Assembly (NCBI RefSeq): GCF_964204865.1
Contig: NC_135260.1
Location: forward strand, 11,780,001 to 11,844,000
Length of the DNA stretch: 64,000 nt
Origin: Styela clava
Lineage: Eukaryota
Direction: 5' to 3'
Shown in pieces: positions 12,325-24,817 of this stretch (its first letter is position 1; each line of letters begins with the position of its first letter). The translations under genes and the position numbers were made by a program. The notes beneath the pieces are model-generated. The model saw only the letters and a program-made list of their open reading frames with translations. It did not search any database and was not told where the DNA came from.

Positions 12325-15263
12325 TAGGCCGCGAGCCGAGGCCATTTATCTTTCAGTTTCGTAGCGCACATCAGGTAACTACCTGAAAATGATTTTAAAA
12401 TGTTCCTTAGAAATTTAGTAACAAATATTGCCTTGTTCCCACTTCCAAAAGTTGCACGTTTTACAGAAAAGACGCTTTTACTACAATAAATATGTGTTAC
12501 CATCTGTCCTATTTTCTCTGCTTTTCCGGTATCATGGGCCAATGAACGCAGACTTCTGCACGACGTAACAGTCAAGTTAGTCAGCTGTAGGTGGATCCCC
12601 AGTGGTCGGATGAATATCAGATGTACTCAACTGCTCGCTTTTGCGTTGAGTAGCCTTTCCATAGTTTTTTTCAGTTACCGGTAATATTAGTCCAGTTATT
12701 CTAAGGAGGTGTTGAAAAGTATAGGTAAGATATTAAACACTTGTATATCCTTGCCATAAATAGCAATTTTAGTTGAGCACTAGCTCATAAGACGTTGTTA
12801 AATAGGTACGGTGCGGTAACTCCAAGGAAGGCTAGACCTAGAATAATATGTCACAAACAACGATATTTTCTGGCTTGCATGAAATGTTTATGATTAATTT
12901 AATGACTCTTCTTGACTATTCAGCAGACTTATACTACTATATAGGCCACAGCATATTTGGAAATAGAAATGAATGGCTGTTTCTGTAATGCACGGTTGTG
13001 TGAAAAAGAAGAAATTAATCAATTTTACTAATGTCGGTTGGTCTAAATCTAAATTCATAGAGTCGACAAGAACCTGGGAAGCAATGATACCTAAGTTATG
13101 CCGGAGTGGAAAGAAAGGTAGCATTGGAAATGATTGAGAGGTGAGAAATGAAGTTGTAGACAAACAGTTGATGTTTCAAAATATACCGTAGTCTATAGTC
13201 CATACTCATACTGCTGTACTGTCATAGGACATTTCAGACTGTGATATATCAAAATTTAGTGTAGATATAGTCTAGTAATGGTATGCAAACACTGCTGGAC
13301 TGTAGAACATGCAATGAGCATATATACGCTCATTTAGTACATCAGATAAAATGCATTATGTATTCAAGGTATTAGTTAGTATTTAGGGGTATTTTTAAAA
13401 TCATGCTGCTCCAAATATTATTTTCTTCCTTATTTTAGATACTGTACTACAAAAGAAAACGGCAATGTTCCACCAATCCGACCTAACGCAGGCTCTGATC
13501 CCTGCTGCTATCAGTGCTATAAAATGGATTAAACAAGAAGTCTTGAAGCTTAAAGGTATATGAGAATCATAATAGTTGCAAACAGCTTAGATGGGCTATT
13601 CATATTGAAATACTTTAGCACTTTTCTGCAATTGGAACTGCCCATCAAATTCATGTTGGAGACTTCATTGAGATTTTCAATTCATTTTTTTCCCTCGACT
13701 ATGAAGATCTTTTGAGGTTAACGAGGTATTAATAAATAAAGCTGAGGAATTTGAAGAGGATATGAAGAATGTAAATGATACCAGGGCACGTCTATTTAAC
13801 ACTGTCAAACATAAGGATTATACTCTCCACCCAACAATGATTCACTGAAGAAGCATGTGGCCCTCAAATCAGTTCTTGAGTTGGCAAACTGCAAAGAAAA
13901 ATAGTCAAAATAATTTATGAAAGTGTGCCAAAATCAACTTAAATTGCACAGATTTTTGTTTTTGTATTGACTGCAGAAATCACAGTACACCTATAGAGGA
14001 AAAGTCGATTTTTGAGATAGTGGATTTCGAAAACAATTCAGAAGAAAGTGAATTAGATATTACAGTTGATTTAATAAGTATCATACATTTGTTTTTTTTT
14101 TCGGACATTTGTTAGTGTCGTAGTCCTGTTTCTAGAAATATTATTGCCTTTGTTCAAATACATAACCACATAAACTAAAAAAAGATTAATTGTAAATTGT
14201 AATATTTCTGTTCACTATGTTATGTACATATTGTACATTGATTTAATTTTCTTGACTTTTGCGGTAAATTTCTAAGTGAGAAATAACTGATTTATTTGTG
14301 TTTTCGTGCTCACGATGTTAATTTGTGACTTCATTGCTTAAAAATAAATACGTTTGATACTTGATAGCTTCTATAAAATGGATGTAGCGTTTTATGCTGT
14401 TCTTGTTGTAAACTGCTTGTGGTTATTACATAAAATTTATTCTCAAATGTGAATCAGCGTTGTTGGTGTCGCTGCTTTCGAGGTCACTCCCGACTCCTGT
14501 CACACAATTAAAGTATTTTTTGTTGTTGGTTACATGTATGCCATATTTTTCGTAATCTACCTAATAAATTATGATTGACTGAGGAAGTCCGATTTTGGTC
14601 AGGCAAAACATTACAGGAATACATTTGTGTTAGTGTGCTGTAGGGCTCTCGAATTGTATAGTTCTTATGTATGCGTTGTAAACTTATGGTTATTGAATTT
14701 CCGGGAACCTCTTATATTCGATTTCGCACCAGGATTGTGGAACAAGCTGTAATGCGTTCATTATGTTCGTTTTCACACAAAACTGAAGAATTTATTTAGT
14801 TACCAGATGTGCGCTACGAAACTCATTTTCTGGGCGTTTTCATGGTTTCGTCTCACGGCCCATATCCGTGGTAAGGATCTACAAGTGTTTAATAATTTAC
14901 TTTCAACAACGTCTTAGCATAACTAAACAGGGCTATGGAAAGCCTGCCCAACTCAGCGCAAGGTCGAGCAGAAATAACTAATATTCATCCGCTCGCTAAC
15001 AGCTGGTTTAATTCAATTGTTACGTCATGCAGAAGTCATTGTTCAGTGCCGAAAATGTAGAGAATATAGGACAGATCGTAGCACATATTTCTTGTAGTAA
15101 AAGCGTCTTTTCCGTAAAACGTGCAACTTTTGGAAGTGGGAACAAGGCAATATTTGTTACTAAATTTTTAAGGAACATTTTAAAATCATTTTCAGGTAGT
15201 TACCTGATGTGCGCTACGAAACTCACTTTCTAGGCGTTTTTCAGGGCTTCGGCTCGCGGCCTA
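12325..15263 (+). mobile_element. Decayed Academ (AcademX-type) DNA transposon, 2.9 kb, long TIRs, 3-bp TSD TAT
   Basis: TAT|TAGGCCGCGAGCCGA...TCGGCTCGCGGCCTA|TAT. TIR near-perfect over ~190 bp and imperfect to ~430 bp. Internal remnant ~13760-13980 reads VNDTRARLF...PPNNDSLKKHV...SVLELANC...KCAKINLNCTDFCFCIDCRN, resembling the C-terminal Cys-rich finger of Academ proteins. Confidence 0.75.
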
Positions 15264-15798
15264 TATATACTGCAGATTATTTGATTGAAAAATAAAAATC
15301 TGAAAAATTTGAAAACTCACATTTTCATGAAGCCTGTCTATAACAAAGTCTCGTACAATTTGAGAAAAACAAGATGGGAGGTACATTCTTGCTGAGTTCG
15401 ACACACTCGTGGCCAACATACATATCTGCATCCTAGCGGTTCGCATAGCCCGCATCCTATGATGATGAAACGAACGATAAACGATATTCGTGTTTAATTT
15501 TCGACGTAGCTTATTTTATCAAATATATGATTGCACACTTACTCTCTACGTCCTACGTCTTCTTAAGTGTTTTTCAAACGTGATTCATGAACCCAATTTG
15601 CGCTTGCAAAAGCTCCGGTTCTAAAATAGTATCAAAGCATTTCATATTATTCGTATAATCAATCTAAATGGCGTAATTCGAGGGGGGTGATTAAATGTGT
15701 TTCTGTATGCTAAAATCATTGTTTGACTATAGATGTATATCATGAACTGTATTCGTACTATACAGAAGTTGAACGCCATATATATATATATATATATA

Positions 15799-16950
15799 TA
15801 GTAGGTCGGGGTAGTTCGGACACCCGGGGTATGATGGTCAGTCAAAATAAAATCCTCCTACTAGCGACACCTCGCGCTTTTTCGTCGCTCAAAACGCATC
15901 GCGTGAAAGAGCGACATCATGCGAACAACGACAGAACCAAGATTTTACATTTCAGGCTCGACAACTTACAAGGCGGTGCTTTTTGGGGAAGGGGTGTTTC
16001 TGTTGGGACAGAAAAACGTCAAATTATAGAGTCCCATGGTGGCGAAGAATAATTTTAGCCGGAAAAGTCTGCGAACTCGGTTCTATTTTGTTTATTTGTT
16101 GAAAGTAGTTGCATTAAATCGAATAAATTCTTAAGCAAACTGCCAGTACTCATTTTTGGGCTGGCAGGGTCACTTAAGAGGTAGGTTGAATTTTGAGTGG
16201 GGGAGGGGGGAGGATTTTTTTCAATATAGTCTGTTGGGAATGTCAATGGGCCGTCGTCATCGAAACTTATAAATAATTATTTTTTGGTACTAAGTACCCT
16301 TTTACAACAAAGATCAAAAGCACACCCATCGCCATATTTATATTGGATCTCTTAGAAGTTAAGCCCGGCGTAAAATTTCATCTTACCCCGTCAAATTATT
16401 TTTTTCATATGCGTATAAAATACGCCCAAGGTTATGCCAAGAAATTACAAAATAAATACTTCTAGATGTAGTCCGTGTAAAGAAGATAGAAAAATTGCAG
16501 TTGAAAAAGCGCAAACTAAATTTTAAATTTCTAGTTTTCCTAAAACTGTTCAAACTCTTTTGAAAATTGCCCTGTTATGTCCTTTATGGGGTAAGACGGA
16601 CATACTTTTTAATATGCAAGAAAAGTGATCTGTTTAAAAAATATTTAAGAGACATAATCCTGGGCCATCTAGGCGTTGATCGAAGTCTTATGACCGAAAT
16701 CTTAGACACCATCAAGTTAATTTTGGTGTGTGTCCGTCTTTTCCACAAAGTGTCTAACTTACCCCGATATTTTTTTAGCTGAAAATCGGGCGTAAATTCC
16801 GATTCGTTGCTATGGCAACAATGTGCAAATGTGGCAAGATAGCTGGAGGGTGGGTGCATGAATCAATCGTAGAACGAATGCAGCTGCGACATTATTTGAA
16901 GAGTTATTCAAAATAACTTATTAGTGGGTCCGACTTCCCCCGACCTACTA
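15799..16950. mobile_element. Non-autonomous TIR DNA transposon inserted in a (TA)n tract (Tc1/mariner-pogo-like targeting)
   Basis: (TA)n-GTAGGTCGGGGTAGTTCGGAC ... GTCCGACTTCCCCCGACCTAC-(TA)n. No credible transposase ORF. Confidence 0.7.
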
Positions 16951-17158
16951 TATATATATTTGTAAGTTTTGAGCCAATATGAATGCCAAGAAAAATATCA
17001 GGTTGAAAATATGAATCTACGAAACGAATCTTCTCCTTACGCTATATCTCTGTGAGTCAATAAGATCAATAAAAATATCTTATAAATTGAAAGGGAAGCA
17101 ACCTTGGATTGTATATCAGAAGAAAAGCCATGATTTACGATTGCATTAGCTTACAGAC

Positions 17159-20100
17159 TATTAAGATACATGACTACGAGACTGCTGCATAAAATAGTTC
17201 GGTGTAAATCATTTGCGACCTGCACGACAGATCCAGCAGTAAGGGAAGATAGGAACCTCAGTTGCGTTTCCAATCAAAAATAATTGATCATGTGTATTTC
17301 AGTCACATAAGTATCTCGGTTACCATACTCTTGGATATGTTCAGTCAATTGCAATAGACTTGATATCCGAACAAAAAATTTGCTTATTGCATAGGACGTA
17401 TGGGTGAATCGGCGGTTACGTGTATGTATAAGAGAGGTTTTGCGTGGTTTCGAGCAGCATTATGATTAGGTTTAAACATAGAAAATATGGATGCCATCTT
17501 GTGCCATTATTGGGAAACGAGAAACAATGGAGTCTTATGGGAAATTTTCGTGGCGTTATTGTACCGAATCGGATAAGTCAGCAGCTGTTATAAGGGCGAG
17601 AATGAAGCCGAAGGGTGGATTTTGAACTTTAAGCTATATGCTACCTAAATATATAACAAAATTAAGAAGAAAAAACTATTTAATGCGTTTAATTTGACCA
17701 CAAACACAACGTAGAACCACTTTTGATCATTTTTTTGTAGATTTTATAGTGATACGTCAATTTGACGCTGTAAAATGTCTCCGCTAAAATCCTACAATGT
17801 CATTTGTTCTTATATTTGTATGCAGTGAATTACGTGAGCCGTTAATGGTTAGTAATATCTTTTTCCTGTTCGTATTTTACCGATTCTAAGAACTTGATGT
17901 ACGACTCCTTTACCTCGTCAGTTTTTAAAATTGTTTTAAACCCATTAGTCAAAATCTGACGACCTACAAAACTTAATGTTTAGCAACAAGATGCTTGTCG
18001 GAGACTTCAAAATGGTTAAAAATGCTTCATATATACACATTTTGGAAGTTTTTAAAAGAAAACTTTAAGAAACAAGAGAGCAATGATGAATAATAAGGAC
18101 ACGAAAGCCTAAACGAAGAAGTACTGGTTGCTAATCTTCTCTAATACCGGTACGGGGGCATAGTCTTCGCGACTTTGACTGACCACCACCAGATCGTAAC
18201 GAGCGCGGAATCGTGTGTAGAGTCAACAATACAAAATATAGTTCATATAGATTATATATATATATTTCATAAATATTTAATACTAAAATGGTATATTATA
18301 CTGGAAATAGAATTATAAATAGATATAATTAATACATATAAATTAAGGAGATAAAATAGTTAATCAGAATAAGAAATAATAGGCGAAGCTGGAGAACAGG
18401 CAATCCCGGGCCATCTAATGTTGTGATATCCTGAAATTTTAAAAAATAGTAGTATTATGAAAAAAGGTTCTCATAATTTTGATTCAAGCATAAAATGTGA
18501 AAATTGAGAGCGGATATCCTGCAAATTATTTTGTAATAGCAAGTTCATTTTGTCGCCATACAATTTCCCTTCAAATCATTCCTGTTTTATTAAAAATAAT
18601 TATAAAGACTGGGTAAATCTTCTCATTAGTGTAGCAAAACACCGTTAAGATCCAAATTGGCTACAGTGCATGCTCATGATTCGATTGCAAGAAAGAAGCA
18701 AGATATAAACAGATCCAAACCAGATTTTCTAACCAACAAAACCTTGAAGATCTTACCAAATTTAATTTCTTCATACGGTAGTTTTTCGAGTTCTCCCTCA
18801 AGAATGGCATGGAACTATGCAAAAGAATATTTATATCAAAAAACTTTTAATCTGTGATATGTTCCTCCCTAACTCAGTATAATAAAGCCAATTTTATATT
18901 TATACGTTATAATATGAACATACATCACTACAGTATTTAATGTAATTTATCATCAGAGTATACCACACTTACTAATTTGGTTTGAAATACTCCTCGATAG
19001 TCAGACACAGGAGCTGGATATTTTCTTTTGCCCTTCTCGCCAATGCCTCCCTCTCTTACATTGTTCTAAAAAAAAATGATCTTTCCTAACTACATCTGAT
19101 AAAACTTAAATTAAAAATATCTGCATATAATATTAGTCAAACATTGTGGTCTTTAGCTCACCATAACATGAAGAATATTCGGAAATCTACGCTATTTTCT
19201 ATCGAAGCAGTTATCGAACTAAACTACAGATTTGCTTGGTACCTAAGCAACATCCAGGGTGCTCCAGAAAGGTAACCAATATGGAGGTAAAATAATTTTG
19301 TTTGCCTACATTACAACCTATGGACAGGGGGCTAACACAGACAGTTTCCGAACTCCTAATAGAACTAAACTATTTTCAGTTCAGCCGAAAAGCTTGAGAA
19401 AATTTGGAATAAAAGTATGACCTAACCCTAATCCGTATTTGCTCTGGTACATATATATACTATGGAAGTACCACATCCAGTATATGAAACAGAAACCTTA
19501 GAGAAATATTTTCATCATAACGTGTATTCATTAATACTAACATTACAAGATCGAACAGAAGTGCTTTTCCGGCGTTGATTGAAAAACCTGGAATTAGAAT
19601 AATTTATTTTAAAATTTGTGTTTCATTTATTATAGTTTGGGAGTAGTTTTACATTTTCTTCGCAAACGAACAATATAATTTAATACTAATCATTGCTTCA
19701 AATCTCAAACAAGAATCCCTGGTGGACACTGCGGAGTCGCATGCTTTCTTTACAGAGTAACTTACTTGTTTGCCTTGTACTCAAAACTTCCTGAGTCAGG
19801 AATGCGCTTGTTTGATTTATCAACTCGGAATTTCCTGGTAACATTTTTGATTCTTTTATCATCGCCTTTAGCTGGGATTCTCAGCTGGGTAAAAATAATA
19901 AAATCAAGAAATAATTCAACGGACAACTCTAAGTGATGTTTTCCATTAAGAACATCAAACTTCAAATTTAAAAAACAAGAACTTAGTACGCAACATTATC
20001 CAGGTAACATAAAAATATAGCAAAACAACTAATATACTGACTTCGGAAAATTTCGCCAATGCATCCTTCGTCGTCCATAATTTTTCTCGGAGTTTCTATA

Positions 20101-23100
20101 AAACATTGTTTAAGTTGATATTCGTTTTTCGTCAATGTTTTTTAAGAAATTTAAATTTAAGACCAAATGTATGATGGACTCACTTCATTCGTTTTTCTTA
20201 ACGCGGCATTTTCCGCTCGTAACTTTTCCAGTTCACTGAAATTTATTTTCATATTGATTCGTTATTCTAATTACGAATGAAAAGAGAGGTTATGAAAATC
20301 GTTAAACGATAGTCATAGACATTCATAGTATTTTCTCTAGTTATTTCACGGAACTTGAAATGAATTTTGTCGAAATTGAAACAATTTATTTCTTGAGTAA
20401 TAAGTATTTCCCTATTGCCCATTGTCAATTTATATCAAATTCTTCGATGAAGTCTTAATTGGCTGTAATATAAACTGTGCTTTATTGATCACATTAAGTA
20501 TGCTCGCCAATCACCCAATATAGTTACACTCACGTCTGTTCCACACAATCTTTAGATTTCTGAACAATAAAATAAAAATGATTTCACACAAAATAAATGT
20601 GTGGTTTCATCTTATTTATAAGATCAAAATAGGCTACAACCTTGCTGGGTGCAGATTCTATTGTTGCACTTAGATGTCCTACGGAACTAATCGTCAACAA
20701 TGAATCCCAATTTGATGTTTCCTAAACATAAAATTTTCAATAAGAAAAACATATGATGAAATCTAGGCGCTCCCAGAAGTAAAATTAAAATGCAAAGCAC
20801 AACACGGTTTCTGAAACAGTTCAAATTACCTTATGTTTATTTGAAGGGAAGTTCTGACTAGTTATGACGAGTGTTGATTCCTCGCCAGAAGTTTGTAGAT
20901 AATTTTCTCCTCTAATCACTACATTCTGCAAAAATAAAATTGATTTTAAAAATATACAGTAAAGTAAACAACGATTATACTCATATCGTTCAACACAAAA
21001 AAAAACTTTCCCGGACTTTGGCCGTAAGAGAAAAGTCATATTATATTAGATATTGCTGATATTCTAAAAAAGAAAACGGTATTTGATAACTTACATTTCC
21101 ACGAAACATGCCAACAACGAGTCCTCGCAAGAGTTGCGAAATATAATCAGGAACAAACGCTCTCGTCGAGTATGTAACGTTTGAAGCCCACAGAACCATA
21201 TGTGTTCTCGCCGTTCGCAATGCTTCTCGCATCCTAGATGGACGAGAAGAAAGACGTGGAATTTTTCAGATTTGATATTCATTCACCATATTTTATTAAA
21301 TATATCAATACACACTCACTGTCTACGTCTTCTGATGTTCTTTTCAAATTCCGATTCGTGGACCCAATTTGCTTCAGCGAAAGCTCCGGTTCTAAAATAG
21401 AATATCGATGGATTTCATATCATTCATGGTGAATTTAAATAAATATAAATTTAAAAATGTTGTGTGCAGTAATTGTGGTGAAATGTAACCGCATTATACT
21501 GGAATTCAAAAGTGAGATCTTCCAACTTTGATCAAGTATGAATATCAAAGAGTATACTAGGTTGAGAAATTTCAAAAACCAAAGACAAGCTTCTCTTTCT
21601 TCGTAAATGAAATTGTGATCGATAAAAGCAGCTCTTCTTTTCAAATGGAGACGATCTTTTTTGTCAAACGAAGAATCCGCCTATTACAATTGCATTACGG
21701 ATTTTGCGGATTATCGAAGGTATCGCTTTCAGATTACAAGAAGTCAACTTAAAATAGTTTGTTGAAATTCACAAAAGACCTGCATAACAGATCCTTGCAG
21801 AAGACGATGTGACCGGAACCTCAGTCTCGTATTTCCCATCAGAAAACGATGATCGATTGTATTTTCATTCCCATATCATTATTGAATGTTGGTGTCTATG
21901 AGCTTGGATATGTACGACCAATTGTCGTAGTCCACCTTACTAGACTCAATATCCGAACGAAAAATCTATATATTGCAAAGGGTTTATGGGTGGATGAATG
22001 GTTATGTACATGGAAGATGATTAATGTGTTCCCGTAATATTAGGTAGAAATATGATTCGGTGACATATGTATGAGATATTTAAAAAAAGAAGAAATGTGA
22101 AATGAAAAAAAATTAAATATGTTAACGAAACTACGTTTTGATCTGAATAAGTTATTTGGAAATTTCTCAGTGAGTTCGGCATAAATTGTATAGTATTCTA
22201 ACGACCATGAACAATATAGCTAGCTGTAGACTTGCTATTTTTAAAAGTATACCGAACACAGTAACATCTCAATGTATTAAAAAATAAACAGACGTATGAA
22301 TTAACGTTACCAAAACAGATAAATACTTTTTTGAAAAAGATATAATGAACTATTGCTTCAATTTTCAATCAAATGTTCCTGCATCGCATAAATATGTCAG
22401 TTGCATTAAAAAATTCAATTAGTCTACTTACAGAAGCGAGAGTTGTTTTGTCCTGACATTTTTCTTCTCGCTACCCAATCCATCTTGCTTCGCGGAATCT
22501 ATAGACATAGGCTTGTCTAAAGGTGTTTTGTTGTTTTCCGTGCTGTTCTGTCTCGCCATCGCATTTTTTTGTTTCCGCAGTTTCCACTTTTTCTTATTCC
22601 CATGAAGTGATTCATTGCTATTGGATTTATCACCCGAAGTCTTCCCTCTTTTAAATTTACAACAATTGGAGCCCATTCTCAGGTATTAGTAGGATAATTT
22701 CAGATGTATTCGTCCCAAAACCTGTAATCTAACTGAAAGTTAGAGATCTAGATGGGGAAAATAATAGTAATTAATTAGGTTGCTGCCCGCAAAATACTGA
22801 GCAATAAATTGAAATAGGTAAAGACTAGTGTTGCAATAACCTTCAATAAATGCATACCAGTTAATGGACAGGCAGTAGGTAACCATAGGTAACCTTCATA
22901 TATTATGGCGTCATTATGTATTACCATTGTGACAGTCAGGGATTGTTGCTTAGGAATGAAAGGTTAAAGTTCTTGACTTTCGTATAAACTTCAAATCGGG
23001 CAACTATGAACATGAGAAAGCATTCTAATATATTGACAATGTGAAAACACTCACTACTTGAGACTAGAGATGTACCGATACCACTTTTGTCGACGAAACC

Positions 23101-23188
23101 GATACCGATCCGGTACCAACGAAAAAATGTCGATACCGATACGCTAATATTTCAAAACGCCGATACCGATATTCGGATACTATGTTAT
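17159..23188 (+). repeat. Segmental duplication, copy 2 (partner 4702-10846)
   Basis: Direct repeat at ~12.4 kb offset. Lacks ~80 bp present near 10420-10508 and carries ~25 extra bp near 18645. Confidence 0.97.
18675..22676 (-). CDS. Paralog A2 (near-identical duplicate of A1)
   Basis: MGSNCCKFKRGK... exon 1 at 22676. Same exon series as A1. Retains an AG acceptor before GCGGATTCT (~21681) that is altered in A1. Confidence 0.6.
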
Positions 23189-23644
23189 TGGACCATATTT
23201 TAAGGGGATGTTAGTCAAAAATAATATGCATAATTTAATGAATTTTACGAACCGCAGACCGCCTCCAATAACCCCAGTTTTGTTAGCCAGTTTTTGCGAA
23301 AGGATATATTTATATAAATACAGTCACACTGAGACCGTGGCTTTGACATTAATTGCTTGAGACATGATTGCACACGGCAGCGATATTTTGGGAGTGGTTG
23401 GAAATTGTTTACCCTATTGAAGCATTAAATACTTTTTCAACGACGATCAAGAAAACATGGTAAAATACGTTCGTCGTCTTGCGGTTTCAGCAGGAATAAA
23501 AATGTCTATCAAGTCGTCTTAAAGTTATTATGCAACGACAAAATTCAGATCAAAACGTAAAAGCATAGAATCACACTAAAGAATAAATGCAACAAAAATT
23601 TCCAAATTAACACTATTTATTCGAAACTTCGAAATATATTATAT

Positions 23645-24817
23645 TTATGTCGGGGGTTGATTTTCCAGTTGTCGCAGTCGGCTCTCCTTTTCTTTATTTT
23701 CTTCTTTCAGTTTCTTTATATGTTCAGCAAGAAAGTTGCACTTCTTGTTGTGATCTTTCTGAAGCGATTCCAGAGCAGACATGGCTGATTTTTTTGAGGT
23801 GAAAGAGTCGTCTGTGTTCTTTGATCCGTCCGTTGATCTGCCGTTTGCACTACTTCCAGTTGACGAAGTACTGGGTCTGTCTGTAGGTCGCAGCTGCGAA
23901 TTCCCGTCTTGCAATGAAATGGGAATGATGCGGTTTCTGGCAGGTGAACTATCAGACACGTCTTTAAGTGTGGAATTCAACTGTGGGCGAAAAGAAATTG
24001 TTTTGGAAGTTGAAGATCCGTTTGGTGAAGAACGGTGCATCGAAGCTGACACATTCGAAAGTCCTAATATTTTTGAAGATGGCGAAGGTGCATGCGGTTC
24101 TAAAAATGATTTCCTATCTTGCAAAGCTTTTACCATATCCTCCAGCATTTCTAGCTCGCGACTGGTTTCTGTGACATCTCTTTCGCACATTTCAAGTCGT
24201 TTTTTCTGAGCAATATTGGCTGACCTTAACTCGTTGTTCAGTGCCAGGAGCGCTTCTTTTTCCGCAGCGCTTTGTCGCAAAATATCATCCCTTGACCTCA
24301 ATTCCGCGGAGACTTCGCCGTTGTATCTTCTCTCTTTCGCTAGCAACCTTTCTAACTCTGCACATTTCACTTTACATTTCTCGCCAATTTCTTTTTCTTC
24401 TAGGAGAATTTCAATGGTGTTTTTCTGTTCTAGTGCCAATGATCGGTAAGACGAAATTTCGTAAGACAATTCTTCCATTTCTCTATCTTTTCGTGCAATT
24501 AATTCCTTTAAATTTTGTTCCGTGCGGAGTCGTCTTCTAAGTTCATTTTCAGATGTTTCTTTAAACTCACGCCAGTCCTGTAATAGAACTCCTATTCGCT
24601 TTGAAGCTTCTCCTCTGACAACTTTTGCTTTATCTGAAAGCATCGTACCCGCGATGTCGGTATCCTGGTCCTCCAAAATGAACTTCAATCTTTCAGAAGT
24701 TGGAGAAGATGTTAACGCTCCGATTACTGTTTCGTCTAGTGATCTGTCTGTTTCTTGGCGCAATAATTTGAGTTTCTCGCGTAACTTCAAATTTTCCGTC
24801 TTAAGATTTTTTAACAT
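23645..24817 (-). CDS. Uncharacterised coiled-coil protein (390 aa ORF; true start may lie upstream)
   Basis: Long ORF rich in E/K/L/R heptads, then a Ser/Pro-rich linker and a C-terminal short coiled coil. AATAAA on the minus strand at ~23616-23621, just after the stop. Confidence 0.75.
   Translation of the reverse strand: MLKNLKTENLKLREKLKLLRQETDRSLDETVIGALTSSPTSERLKFILEDQDTDIAGTMLSDKAKVVRGEASKRIGVLLQDWREFKETSENELRRRLRTEQNLKELIARKDREMEELSYEISSYRSLALEQKNTIEILLEEKEIGEKCKVKCAELERLLAKERRYNGEVSAELRSRDDILRQSAAEKEALLALNNELRSANIAQKKRLEMCERDVTETSRELEMLEDMVKALQDRKSFLEPHAPSPSSKILGLSNVSASMHRSSPNGSSTSKTISFRPQLNSTLKDVSDSSPARNRIIPISLQDGNSQLRPTDRPSTSSTGSSANGRSTDGSKNTDDSFTSKKSAMSALESLQKDHNKKCNFLAEHIKKLKEENKEKESRLRQLENQPPT

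Larger units (their letters stand above)
12100..17945 (-). pseudogene. Paralog B2 of the tandem gene family, disrupted by frameshift, stops and two transposon insertions
   Basis: First exon MGLKQF* (ATG 17945). Exon ~15620-15543 reads TGAFASANWVHES then frameshifts. Exon ~15457-15322 reads MRAMRTARMQICML...RLHEN. Exon ~12210-12120 reads VVIGRGEDFLQTSRGESRLAIT. All align to A1 exons. Confidence 0.7.
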
